A DNA stretch of 64,000 nucleotides from Candidatus Krumholzibacteriia bacterium (lineage in GTDB: Bacteria > Krumholzibacteriota > Krumholzibacteriia > JAJRXK01): contig JBGPIA010000003.1 in the NCBI GenBank assembly GCA_041484665.1, positions 250,414 to 314,413 of the forward strand, given 5' to 3'. This document shows, one piece after another, positions 6,543 to 17,971 of this stretch. The number at the start of each line of letters is the position of its first letter. Positions within the stretch are counted from its first letter, which is position 1. A model generated the notes under the pieces. It did not search any database and had not been told where the DNA came from. It worked only from the letters and a program-made list of their open reading frames with translations. The translations under genes were made by a program, and so were the position numbers.

Positions 6543-7919
6543 CTAGCCCCCTTCGGAGGAGGTCCGCAACCCGTACTTCTGGATCTTCTTGTAGAGATTG
6601 CTGCGCTGCATCTGGATCTCGTCGGCCGTCCGGCTCACGTTGTAACCGAACTCGCGCAGCTTCTGCTGTAGGTAGGCGGCCTCGCTGGCCGCCTTGAATT
6701 CCTGGAAGGTCGGAGCAGCCAGGAACTCGGCCGCTCCGCGGTCGGCCTCGCGCCCTCCCAGCGCTGCTGGGAGATCGGACGCCGCGATGGTGTCCGCAGC
6801 CACCACGATCGCCAGCCGCTCCGCCAGGTTGCGCAGCTCCCGGACGTTGCCCGGCCACGCGTAGCGGGCCAGGCGCTCGATCACGCCCGGGCCGATCTGC
6901 TTGGGCGGCTGCTTCATCTCGCGGGCAACCGCGTCGAGGAAGTGGGCGAACAGCGGCTCGATGTCGTCGACGCGCTCGCGCAGCGGCGGCAGGTGGATCT
7001 GGATCACGTTGAGGCGGAAGTAGAGGTCCTGGCGAAAGGCAAGGTTGGCGTCCTGCAGATCGCGATTGGTGGCGGCGATTACCCGCACGTCCACGCTGAC
7101 CTGGTCCTGCCCACCGACCCGCTCGAAGCGGCCGTCCTCCAGCGCCCGGAGCACCTTGGCCTGGGCCGCCACGCTCATGTCCCCGACCTCGTCCAGGAAG
7201 AGGGTGCCACCATGGGCCCGCTCGAACTTGCCGCGGCGGCGCGCCAGCGCTCCCGTGAACGCGCCGCGCTCGTGGCCGAACAGCTCGCTCTCGATCAGCT
7301 CGTCGGGAATCGCCGCGCAGTTCACCTCCACGAAGGGCTGGTCGGCGCGCCGGCTGTGGGCGTGGATCGCCCGCGCCACCACCTCCTTGCCCGTGCCGTT
7401 CTCGCCGGTGATCAGCACCCGCGCCGGGGTGGGCGCCACCTTCTCCGCCAGCTCCCGGATGCGCCCGATGGCCGCGCTGCGGCCGATCAGCTCGCCGCGC
7501 CGGCCGGTCTCCTCCGCCAGCTCGCGGTTGACGGTGCGCAAGCGTCCGTGCTCCACGGCGTTCTGGAGACGGACGAGCAGCTCCTCCTTCTTGAACGGCT
7601 TCTCGAGGAAGTCGTAGGCACCGCGCTTGATCGCCTCGACGGCGTTGGCCACGGCGTCGTGGCCGGAGATGACCACGGTGGGCACTTCGAGGCCCTCGGC
7701 CTTCAGGCCGGCCATGACCTCGAACCCGTCCATGCCGGGCATCTTGACGTCCAGCAGCAACGCGTCGATGCCGCCGCGCCGCAGCTGTTCGAGGGCGCTG
7801 GGCCCGTCCACCGCGTCGGCGACCTCGTAGCCCTCGTAACGCAGGATCGCGCCGACGCTCTGGCGGATCGCCGCCTCGTCGTCGGCGATGAGCACGCGTG
7901 CCCGGGCCACGGCCGTCAC
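6543..7919 (-). CDS. NtrC/NtrX-family sigma54-dependent response regulator
   Basis: Receiver domain (ADDE, LLDVKMP, FLEKP), GENGTGKE, GAFTGA, WPGNVREL and C-terminal HTH. Confidence 0.92.
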   Translation of the reverse strand: MTAVARARVLIADDEAAIRQSVGAILRYEGYEVADAVDGPSALEQLRRGGIDALLLDVKMPGMDGFEVMAGLKAEGLEVPTVVISGHDAVANAVEAIKRGAYDFLEKPFKKEELLVRLQNAVEHGRLRTVNRELAEETGRRGELIGRSAAIGRIRELAEKVAPTPARVLITGENGTGKEVVARAIHAHSRRADQPFVEVNCAAIPDELIESELFGHERGAFTGALARRRGKFERAHGGTLFLDEVGDMSVAAQAKVLRALEDGRFERVGGQDQVSVDVRVIAATNRDLQDANLAFRQDLYFRLNVIQIHLPPLRERVDDIEPLFAHFLDAVAREMKQPPKQIGPGVIERLARYAWPGNVRELRNLAERLAIVVAADTIAASDLPAALGGREADRGAAEFLAAPTFQEFKAASEAAYLQQKLREFGYNVSRTADEIQMQRSNLYKKIQKYGLRTSSEGG

Positions 7920-7944
7920 GAGCCGCCCGCTCCGCCGCGCGGTG

Positions 7945-8445
7945 TCACAGCAGAAAGTCCTCCATGCTCGCCGGCGAAGGCATTGGCTGCGCCGGCGACA
8001 GCTGGGACGGCGTCATGGGCGGCGCCTTGGGCGGGCCGGGCGCCTCCCCCGCGCGCTGCGGCGGAAGGCCCAGCGGCGGAAGGCCCAGTGAGTGACGCAG
8101 CACGAAGACGAGCTCGGCCGCCGGTCCGCCCGCTGCAGGAGCGGCCCAGCGGTAGAAACGGTGGCGGCCCCTGGCCTCGACGCTGACCAGACCGGCATCG
8201 CGCAGGACGGCGAGGTGGTGCGACGCGCGGGGCTGGCCCAGTCGCAGCCGGGCGCAGATCTCGTGGACCGCCATCGGCTCGCGCAATAACGACAGGATGC
8301 GCAAGCGTACGGGATCGGCGGCCGCGGACAGCTGCTCCAACAGCCGGCGCTCGTCGGGCGAGAGCGGCGCAGCTATACTTGGGTCCGCCTGGAGCTGACC
8401 CGACTCGGCCTGCGCGAGCGCCAGAGGTTCCGTTTGCGTCTGCAT
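7945..8445 (-). CDS. ArsR/SmtB-family winged-HTH regulator with a Pro-rich tail
   Basis: ADPVRLRILSLL..MAVHEI..GQPRASHHLAVLRDAGLV..GRHRFY. The start codon is uncertain. Confidence 0.75.
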   Translation of the reverse strand: MQTQTEPLALAQAESGQLQADPSIAAPLSPDERRLLEQLSAAADPVRLRILSLLREPMAVHEICARLRLGQPRASHHLAVLRDAGLVSVEARGRHRFYRWAAPAAGGPAAELVFVLRHSLGLPPLGLPPQRAGEAPGPPKAPPMTPSQLSPAQPMPSPASMEDFLL

Positions 8446-8597
8446 GACCTGCCGATGCACTCTGATGCTCACTGGGGTTCGCGGCGCCACATGCGCAAGA
8501 CCGAGCGCAGGCAGCGCGCCCCACGTTCGCGCAGCGCGCCTTTGCATGTCAAGCGCCGCCGGATCCGGCGCCGGCCCGGCCGGCCCCCACGACAACG

Positions 8598-9656
8598 ATG
8601 TCCGTACGCACCCTGCACGATCATTCACCCGCCGAGCTGGAGCAGCTCGTGCGCGGCCTCGGCGAGCCATCCTATCGCGGGCGGCAGCTGGCGCGCGGGT
8701 TGTTCGCTCGCGCGGTCGCCGACCTGGCCGAGCTCACCGACCTGCCCGTGGCTCTGCGATCGGAGCTGGCCAGCCGCCACGGGCTCACCATCCTGCGCGC
8801 AGCGGAGCGCCAGCATGCCGCCGACGGCTCGGTGAAGTATCTGTTCGAGCTGCACGACGGCGCCCGGATCGAGGCGGTGGCGATCGCGCGCGATGCAGGC
8901 GAGCAGACCCTGTGCCTCTCCAGCCAGGTCGGCTGCCGCATGGCCTGCGTGTTCTGCGCCACGGCGCGCATGGGCCTGCTGCGCAATCTGGCCGCCGGGG
9001 AAATCGTGGCCCAGGTGCTCGAGCTGCGGCGCCGCCACCCCACCGACCGGCATCCCAACCTGGTGTTCATGGGCATGGGTGAGCCCTTGGACAACTTCGA
9101 TGAGCTGGCCCGCGCGCTGGCCATCCTCACCGATCCCGGCGCCGTCGGGCTGGGGGCGCGCCACATCACCGTGAGCACGTCGGGTGTGGTCGCTGGAATC
9201 CGCCGGCTGCAGGAGCTGGGTAAGCCCTACGGGCTGGCGATCTCGGTGACGACCGCGCACCCGGGCGAGCGTCGCAACCTGATGCCCGTGGCCGGCGCGG
9301 TCTCGCTGGAAGAGCTGCTGGCCGCCGGCGCGGCCTACGGCCGGGCGACGCGGCGCAAGGTCACGTTGGAATGCGCCCTCATCGCTGGGGTCAATGACCG
9401 TGAGGAGGACGCGCGGAGGCTGCTGCGTCTGGCCAGCAGCGGCCCATTCAAGGTCAACCTCATCCCGCTCAATCCCATCGAGGGCTACGCGGGCGGTCGC
9501 CCACAGCCGGCCGCCGTCGACCGCTTCGTGCGGCTCTTCTGGGACGCCGGAATCGTCGCAACGGTGCGCGAAAGCGCCGGGCGCGAGGTGGGTGCGGCCT
9601 GCGGCCAACTGGTGCAACGGCGCACGCGCCGGGGCGCTCCGCCCGCCACCACCTGA
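8598..9656 (+). CDS. rlmN: Dual-specificity RNA methyltransferase RlmN (radical SAM)
   Basis: CLSSQVGCRMACVFC, FMGMGEP, NLIPLN and AACGQL motifs. Confidence 0.92.
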   Translation: MSVRTLHDHSPAELEQLVRGLGEPSYRGRQLARGLFARAVADLAELTDLPVALRSELASRHGLTILRAAERQHAADGSVKYLFELHDGARIEAVAIARDAGEQTLCLSSQVGCRMACVFCATARMGLLRNLAAGEIVAQVLELRRRHPTDRHPNLVFMGMGEPLDNFDELARALAILTDPGAVGLGARHITVSTSGVVAGIRRLQELGKPYGLAISVTTAHPGERRNLMPVAGAVSLEELLAAGAAYGRATRRKVTLECALIAGVNDREEDARRLLRLASSGPFKVNLIPLNPIEGYAGGRPQPAAVDRFVRLFWDAGIVATVRESAGREVGAACGQLVQRRTRRGAPPATT

Positions 9657-9690
9657 CCCGCTCACCCGCGCGGGTGCGCTTGCGGCGGCT

Positions 9691-10710
9691 CTACTTGAGC
9701 AACAGCATGGAGCCAACGCGGCATTCGCCGCCGGCCCAGACGCGGAAGAGATAGCGGCCCGAGGCCACCGGCTGTCCGCGCGCATCGGTGCCGTCCCAGC
9801 GCGCGGCGATCTGCGGTGCCGCCGGCATCGGCGGCAGACGCATGACCAGGCGCCCGCGCAGATCCAGCACCTCGATCTGCACGCTCGTGCTGGTGGTGAC
9901 CAGATCGTCGCGCAGCTGGGCGCGGATCGTCGTGCTCGGATTGAACGGATTGGGAAAGTTGGCGACCCACTGGATGCGCGGCGCCGCCTGGAAGCGGCCC
10001 AGCAGCACGTCCGCCATGAACGCGCGCAAGCCGGCGACGCCGGCCGGAGCGGGCAGATCGGGATTCTCGATGGTTCCGCTGTAGGTCGCCAGCGGGCCAC
10101 CGAACAGCGCCCGAAAGTCCTCGGCGAAGACCTCGGCCGGCCGGTCGCGGTGGATGGCCCGCTCGTTGTAGCGGGTGCCATCGGTCAGTCCGCGCAGCGC
10201 GAGGTAGCGATCCCATCCGGCCTCGCCCGGCGCCGGCAGGCGCACGTGCTGCACCACGTGCCCCAGCTCGTGGACGACGGTGTACGCCGCGACCCGCGGA
10301 GAGATCTCGCCCACCGCCGCGGCGAGGAAGATCTCGTGGCCCGCCGTGAAGCTCGCGCCCTGCAGCTGCGGGAGCCCCGGCAGGCAGTAGATCGTAACGG
10401 CCAGATCGGGTCCTGGAAGTTCGGCCACTTCGGCGAGCGCCGCCGCGACCAGCTCCGCGGTGAAGGGGTGGAAGGTGCCGTCCCACGCGGGATTGGTGAT
10501 GGCGGCCGCGCTCGGATCGACGACCACGCCCAGCGGCTGCCCCGCGTCGCTGATGAAGCGAAGAGCGCCGGGCGCGTCGGCGGGAGCGCCGTGCCCGCTG
10601 ACCCACTCCGCGCTGCGGACGTCGACTTGAACCGATGCCCGCGCGGTCGAAGGTGCCGCGGAGCACAGCAGGGCGCAAGCGAGCAGTACGGGTGTGATGA
10701 CGGTGCGCAC
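9691..10710 (-). CDS. Secreted zinc metallopeptidase-like protein with a C-terminal FlgD-Ig/sorting-type domain
   Basis: Signal peptide; HELGH plus EVFAE; C-terminal NFPNPFNPSTTI..DLRGRLV..WDGTDARGQPVASGRYLFRV. Confidence 0.8.
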   Translation of the reverse strand: MRTVITPVLLACALLCSAAPSTARASVQVDVRSAEWVSGHGAPADAPGALRFISDAGQPLGVVVDPSAAAITNPAWDGTFHPFTAELVAAALAEVAELPGPDLAVTIYCLPGLPQLQGASFTAGHEIFLAAAVGEISPRVAAYTVVHELGHVVQHVRLPAPGEAGWDRYLALRGLTDGTRYNERAIHRDRPAEVFAEDFRALFGGPLATYSGTIENPDLPAPAGVAGLRAFMADVLLGRFQAAPRIQWVANFPNPFNPSTTIRAQLRDDLVTTSTSVQIEVLDLRGRLVMRLPPMPAAPQIAARWDGTDARGQPVASGRYLFRVWAGGECRVGSMLLLK

Positions 10711-10877
10711 GCGGCGGCCCCAGCAGGCGTCTGTCCCCCTCCATGAGGATAGCAGAGGCGCAGGCCGTGGCGGAAGCGGCTCGTTGCCAGGCGGCGGGCG
10801 GATCAGGAACGCGCCAGCGGCGGATCAACCGCGAGCGCCCGAACAGGGCAGCCCGCGGAGCGGCGCGCCACGACGGG

Positions 10878-12650
10878 TCATCCTGCAGACGCGGCGGGCT
10901 CAGGAGAGGAAGCGGCCACGCTGGCCAGAGGGCGCAGCAGTCGGCGAGCCCCCGCGCGGGTGGCGAGCACGGCCCCGAAGCCGATGCAGATCAGGAGCAG
11001 CTTGAGCGCCGCATCGACCAGCTGGAGCAGCGCTGCCGTCCCCGCCAACGCGGGGGCGGCCGAGAGGGCCACCGCCAGGAGTCCGGGAATCTCCGCCAGG
11101 GCCAGGCCGGTGAGCGCGGCCCGCAGCGGCGCCGGCGCGGGTCCGCCGCGCGCGACGCGCAGCAGCCGCGTCCCGAGCACCTGGCAGGTGACGAAGTACG
11201 CCGTCAGCAGCAGCGCCGCGTACCCAAGCGCGAGCACGACCACGATCGGGATCCCGATCACGGTGATCGCGAGCGCGACCGTGGCGACGGCGAACGCCAA
11301 GAGGCCGATCAGGAACCACAGCGCACCCTTGAGCACGGCAGCGAGCGCGCTCTGCCGCAGCCGCTCGGCCATCACGGTCATGCGGTCGCCCATCAGCCCG
11401 GCCCCCAGGAACAGCAGCAGGACGACGAGTACGATCCGCACCGCGTAGGCGGCGAAGGCCCAGCGTGGGGACGCGCCTCCACCCAGCCCCGCCAGTCCCA
11501 GCGCCGGCCAGCGGTGTCCGATGTCGTAGATCGCACCGTGGATCGCCGGCTGACCGCTGGTGATCATGGCGCCCCCGACGTGGATGGCGTCCTTGCCGAT
11601 CGAGGCGCCGTCTTCCAACACGAGATCGCCGAACACGACGACCGCGTTCCCCAGGATCTCGCCCTCGACGTGCAGGTCGCCTCCGACGACGACCACGTCA
11701 CCTTGCACAATCTCGTTGGCGGCGACGGTGAATCCGTCGTGGACCTTGACGACCGGGCCGGTGATCACCTTGCGCTTGGGCTCGGGAAGCCCTTTGAGCA
11801 GGTCACCGAGCCGGGGGAACCCTCTGAACACCGGCCCCCGCGGAGCCGGAGGATGCACGGCATGGTCCCGGTGCACCGCCGCGCTGTCGGCAAGTGCGGC
11901 GTTGAGCTCCTGTTGCACTGCCTGGAAGCCCTCTTTGATGCTCTGCCGGAGCTCCTGGGGGATTGCGATCACGACCCGGTCGCCGGTGCGCCGGTCGCCC
12001 AACCGGATGCGCTCCGGCCCGACCTCCACGTCGAGGTCGCCCAGCCGCTCGCCGAGCTGGTCGAGCCCCTTCTGCAAGCCTCCCAGGCTCTGGTTGAGCT
12101 GCCGCGACAGCTCCTCCCAATCCACATTCTCGCCGCCGCGCTGCAGATCGTGGGCGAGGCGCTCCAGCTCGCGCCGCGACGTCGCCGAGTCTGCCTCGCC
12201 GTCGCCGCGCGCGCGGCGGAGCTCCCGGATCTGTCCCAGCAGCCGCGCGCGAGCGGCCAGCAGGCTGTCGCGCGCCGCCTGCCGGTGCGCCCGGGCGATG
12301 CGCATCTGGGTCTCGAAGAGCTGTTGATAGAGCCGCTCGGTCGCGGTGGTGCTCGCGGACGGCTCCGCGGCCGGCGCGATCGCAGAGTCGGGCTCGGCAG
12401 GAGTGGTCACCGCGGGGGCGGCGGGCGGAGCCGCAGGCGGCGCGTCGGCAGGGACGGCCGAACTGGCGAACGCCGTGCTGCCGGCGACAGCGGCCATCAG
12501 CGCAGCGCCGATCCAGGGAACGAGGGCGACGCTCGCGTTCATCGTCGTGAGCGTCAGAGCGGCCGCCAGCGCGCGTGCGGCGCTCGGCCGGCCTGCCGTC
12601 GTTCGCGGCGCGTGGATGCGCAAGTGTCGCAGTGCGGAGGGATCACACAT
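10878..12650 (-). CDS. Membrane protein with a coiled coil, bactofilin-like beta-helix repeats and a multi-TM C-terminus
   Basis: VQGDVVVVGGDLHVEGEILGNAVVVFGDL repeats followed by several TM helices. Start uncertain (12650 or 12542); overlaps the anti-sigma stop. Confidence 0.7.
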   Translation of the reverse strand: MCDPSALRHLRIHAPRTTAGRPSAARALAAALTLTTMNASVALVPWIGAALMAAVAGSTAFASSAVPADAPPAAPPAAPAVTTPAEPDSAIAPAAEPSASTTATERLYQQLFETQMRIARAHRQAARDSLLAARARLLGQIRELRRARGDGEADSATSRRELERLAHDLQRGGENVDWEELSRQLNQSLGGLQKGLDQLGERLGDLDVEVGPERIRLGDRRTGDRVVIAIPQELRQSIKEGFQAVQQELNAALADSAAVHRDHAVHPPAPRGPVFRGFPRLGDLLKGLPEPKRKVITGPVVKVHDGFTVAANEIVQGDVVVVGGDLHVEGEILGNAVVVFGDLVLEDGASIGKDAIHVGGAMITSGQPAIHGAIYDIGHRWPALGLAGLGGGASPRWAFAAYAVRIVLVVLLLFLGAGLMGDRMTVMAERLRQSALAAVLKGALWFLIGLLAFAVATVALAITVIGIPIVVVLALGYAALLLTAYFVTCQVLGTRLLRVARGGPAPAPLRAALTGLALAEIPGLLAVALSAAPALAGTAALLQLVDAALKLLLICIGFGAVLATRAGARRLLRPLASVAASSPEPAASAG

Positions 12651-13296
12651 GGGATCTGCCGGGATCCTCGCGACGCCGCAGGCCGACGACGGCCAGGACC
12701 ACCAGCAGGGCCACCACGAGCCCGACGGCAAGGGTCGTCCCCGCGCTCCCCAGCGTCGCGTGCACCGCAGAGATCGCGCCGAGGCCAATCTCGTAGATGC
12801 GCTGGAGCGCGGTTAAGAGCGCCGCGAGCACGGGAACATCGTGCGTGCGCGCCGCCAGGTCCGCCAGAGCGTTTCCCACGACCGCGGCCGCCGTCCGGGC
12901 ACCCCGGGCGAGCAGACTATGGCTCACCAGCAGGAAGAGCCCGTAGGCCGCGCCAGCGGCGACCGCCCAGCCGCGCAGCGGCGCGAGCCGGCGCGCCACC
13001 GAGGGTGCAGGCGACCCGATCTGCAGCACCGGGGCCGGGCGCTGTGGCAGCGATCGGTAGTAATCGTACGGGACGCGGGTGAGCACCGCGCGGTCGAGCG
13101 CCGCCGGAGGCTCCGCTCGCGGGAGCGCGTCCAGCTGGCCGAACAGGGTCCGGTACCCGTCCAGCTCCGCGCGCAGCGCTGGATCCCGCTCGGCCTGCAG
13201 GAAGAGCTCGACCGCGGCCCGGCGCGGCAGCGTGCCGTCCAGGTAGGCCTGCAGACGCTCGTCACGCGCTCGCGGCTGTCCGGTCTCGTCGCTCAT
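12643..13296 (-). CDS. Putative membrane anti-sigma factor
   Basis: ERLQAYLDGTL (ASD-like, no HxxxCxxC motif), two TM segments, GGAAGGAG RBS, directly downstream of an ECF sigma gene. Confidence 0.7.
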   Translation of the reverse strand: MSDETGQPRARDERLQAYLDGTLPRRAAVELFLQAERDPALRAELDGYRTLFGQLDALPRAEPPAALDRAVLTRVPYDYYRSLPQRPAPVLQIGSPAPSVARRLAPLRGWAVAAGAAYGLFLLVSHSLLARGARTAAAVVGNALADLAARTHDVPVLAALLTALQRIYEIGLGAISAVHATLGSAGTTLAVGLVVALLVVLAVVGLRRREDPGRSHV

Positions 13297-13583
13297 GCCC
13301 AAGGCTCCTTCCGCGGCCGCCGGCCGCGCCCCCTCGAGATTCTACTGCCACTCGCGGGACGCGGCGACTCCCAGTCCCAGGCCGGCGGGGCGGCGGCCCA
13401 AGACGTCCAAGCTGCGGCCCGCGGCTGACTGCGCGGCCCGCAGCGTCCGATTTGTGGGAAGCGGCCCGACCACGAGGCCACAGGCCAGGCGACCGTGGCC
13501 GCTCCCCCCACGGCGGATGGAACATCCCCCGACGTTTTTTTCCCATCCACCGTGCCTCACCCGGGGGCTGGCGTGCCGCCCCC

Positions 13584-14174
13584 TCAGTCCTTGAGATACG
13601 ACTCGAACCCGGCGTGCCGGCGCAGCAGCTTCTCCTTCATCATTGCCCGGGCGCGATGGATGCGCGCCTTCACGGTGCCCAGCGGCAGGTCCATGAGCTC
13701 GGCGATCTCTTCGTAGGCCAGGTGCTCCTGGTGCCGCAGCACGATCATCGACCGGTAGTGCGGCGGCAGCTCGTCGGTGATCGCCAGCAGCACCTTGGAG
13801 ATCTCGTCGGCCTGCACCGTGTCCTCGGGCGTGGGCGCCTCGTCCTTGAGCTGGCGCTCGATCTCCTCCCCCTTGTACTCGACCGGCTCGTCGAGCCGCA
13901 GGAGCTTCACGCGGTTCTTCCGGATGAAGTCGATGCATTGGTTCGCCGCGATCTTGAACAGCCAGCTGCGGAATGCGTACTGCTCATCGTAACGATCGAG
14001 CATGGAGAAGACCTTGATGAAGACGTCCTGGGCGACATCCTGGGCATCCTCGCGGTTGCGCAGCATCCGCACGCAGAGGTTGTACACCGCACTGCGGTAG
14101 CGCCGCAGGAGCTCGGCGAAGGCCTCCTCCTCGCCCGCCCGCGCGCGCGCGATGACCAGGCTGTCGCTCTGCAC
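13584..14174 (-). CDS. ECF RNA polymerase sigma factor (SigW/RpoE-like)
   Basis: DAQDVAQDVFIKV, FRSWLFKIAAN and YEEIAELMDLPLGTVKARIHRAR. Confidence 0.92.
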   Translation of the reverse strand: MQSDSLVIARARAGEEEAFAELLRRYRSAVYNLCVRMLRNREDAQDVAQDVFIKVFSMLDRYDEQYAFRSWLFKIAANQCIDFIRKNRVKLLRLDEPVEYKGEEIERQLKDEAPTPEDTVQADEISKVLLAITDELPPHYRSMIVLRHQEHLAYEEIAELMDLPLGTVKARIHRARAMMKEKLLRRHAGFESYLKD

Positions 14175-14270
14175 CTTGGCCCTCCATCCCGGGCGAGCCT
14201 TCCCACGCCCGGGGCGGTTCCGCCCGGGCCAAAGCCGCTGCGGTCCGGAGGTCCACGTGCCAACCGGACC

Positions 14271-14297
14271 TACGCCCGTGCCGCGCCGCAGGTTTCA
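14271..14297 (-). promoter_or_regulatory. SigW-type ECF autoregulatory promoter
   Basis: Minus strand TGAAAC-N17-CGTA, about 100 bp upstream of the ECF gene. Confidence 0.6.
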
Positions 14298-14356
14298 CCG
14301 AATCAGGACGGCCGCAGCAGGCTGCCCGGTCCGGATGGTAACCGAAGGCATCCTAA

Positions 14357-15765
<1,409 letters not shown>

Positions 15766-15766
<1 letters not shown>

Positions 15767-16131
15767 TGTACCTGCGCGCAAAGGTGGGCAAGGAAGACAT
15801 CGGGACCGGCGCGCGCCGCACGCTGTGGCTGCTGGCCGCGGCGACGGTGGTCTACGGGCTGGTGCTGGGCGAAGGCGGCGTGGTGCGCATCCGCCGCCTG
15901 GAGCGGGAGAACGCGCGCCTGGCGCAGGACATCGCCGCGCTGCACCAGCAGCAGGCGCAGCTGCAGGGTGAGGCGTCCGATCTCGCGCTGCCGGGGAGCT
16001 TCGCGCTCGAGAAGGTGGCGCGCGAGCGCTACGGACTGACCCGGGACGGTGAGCGGGTGCTCCACGTCCTGGGCGCCGAGGCGCCGCCGGCGGCCCCCGG
16101 CGCCACGAGCGCGCCGCTGCCCGCCCCTTGA
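15766..16131 (+). CDS. ftsB: Septum formation initiator (FtsB/DivIC family)
   Basis: TM helix, coiled coil and LEKVARERYGL; the eno-ftsB gene order is conserved. Confidence 0.75.
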
Positions 16132-16156
16132 CAGGTCGGACGGGCGTCTCTAGCTT
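16128..16156 (+). promoter_or_regulatory. Sigma70 promoter of tRNA-fMet
   Basis: TTGACA-N17-TAGCTT just upstream of the tRNA. Confidence 0.65.
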
Positions 16157-16171
16157 CTGCGGCGTACTTGA

Positions 16172-17883
<1,712 letters not shown>

Positions 17884-17971
17884 AGCCTACGCTGCGGATC
17901 GACCTCCAGCGCGCCGGGCGGCAGGAGCGCCCGCTCCCCCGCCCGGCGCAACGCCAACGCGGAGGCCATCC

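Noticed and set aside
8058..8087. 15-nt tandem duplication encoding LGLPP twice
   Set aside because: In-frame slippage in a low-complexity linker; not an array.
13293..13550. 85-aa ORF between the ECF sigma and the anti-sigma genes
   Set aside because: No recognisable motif or convincing RBS, so it is not called.
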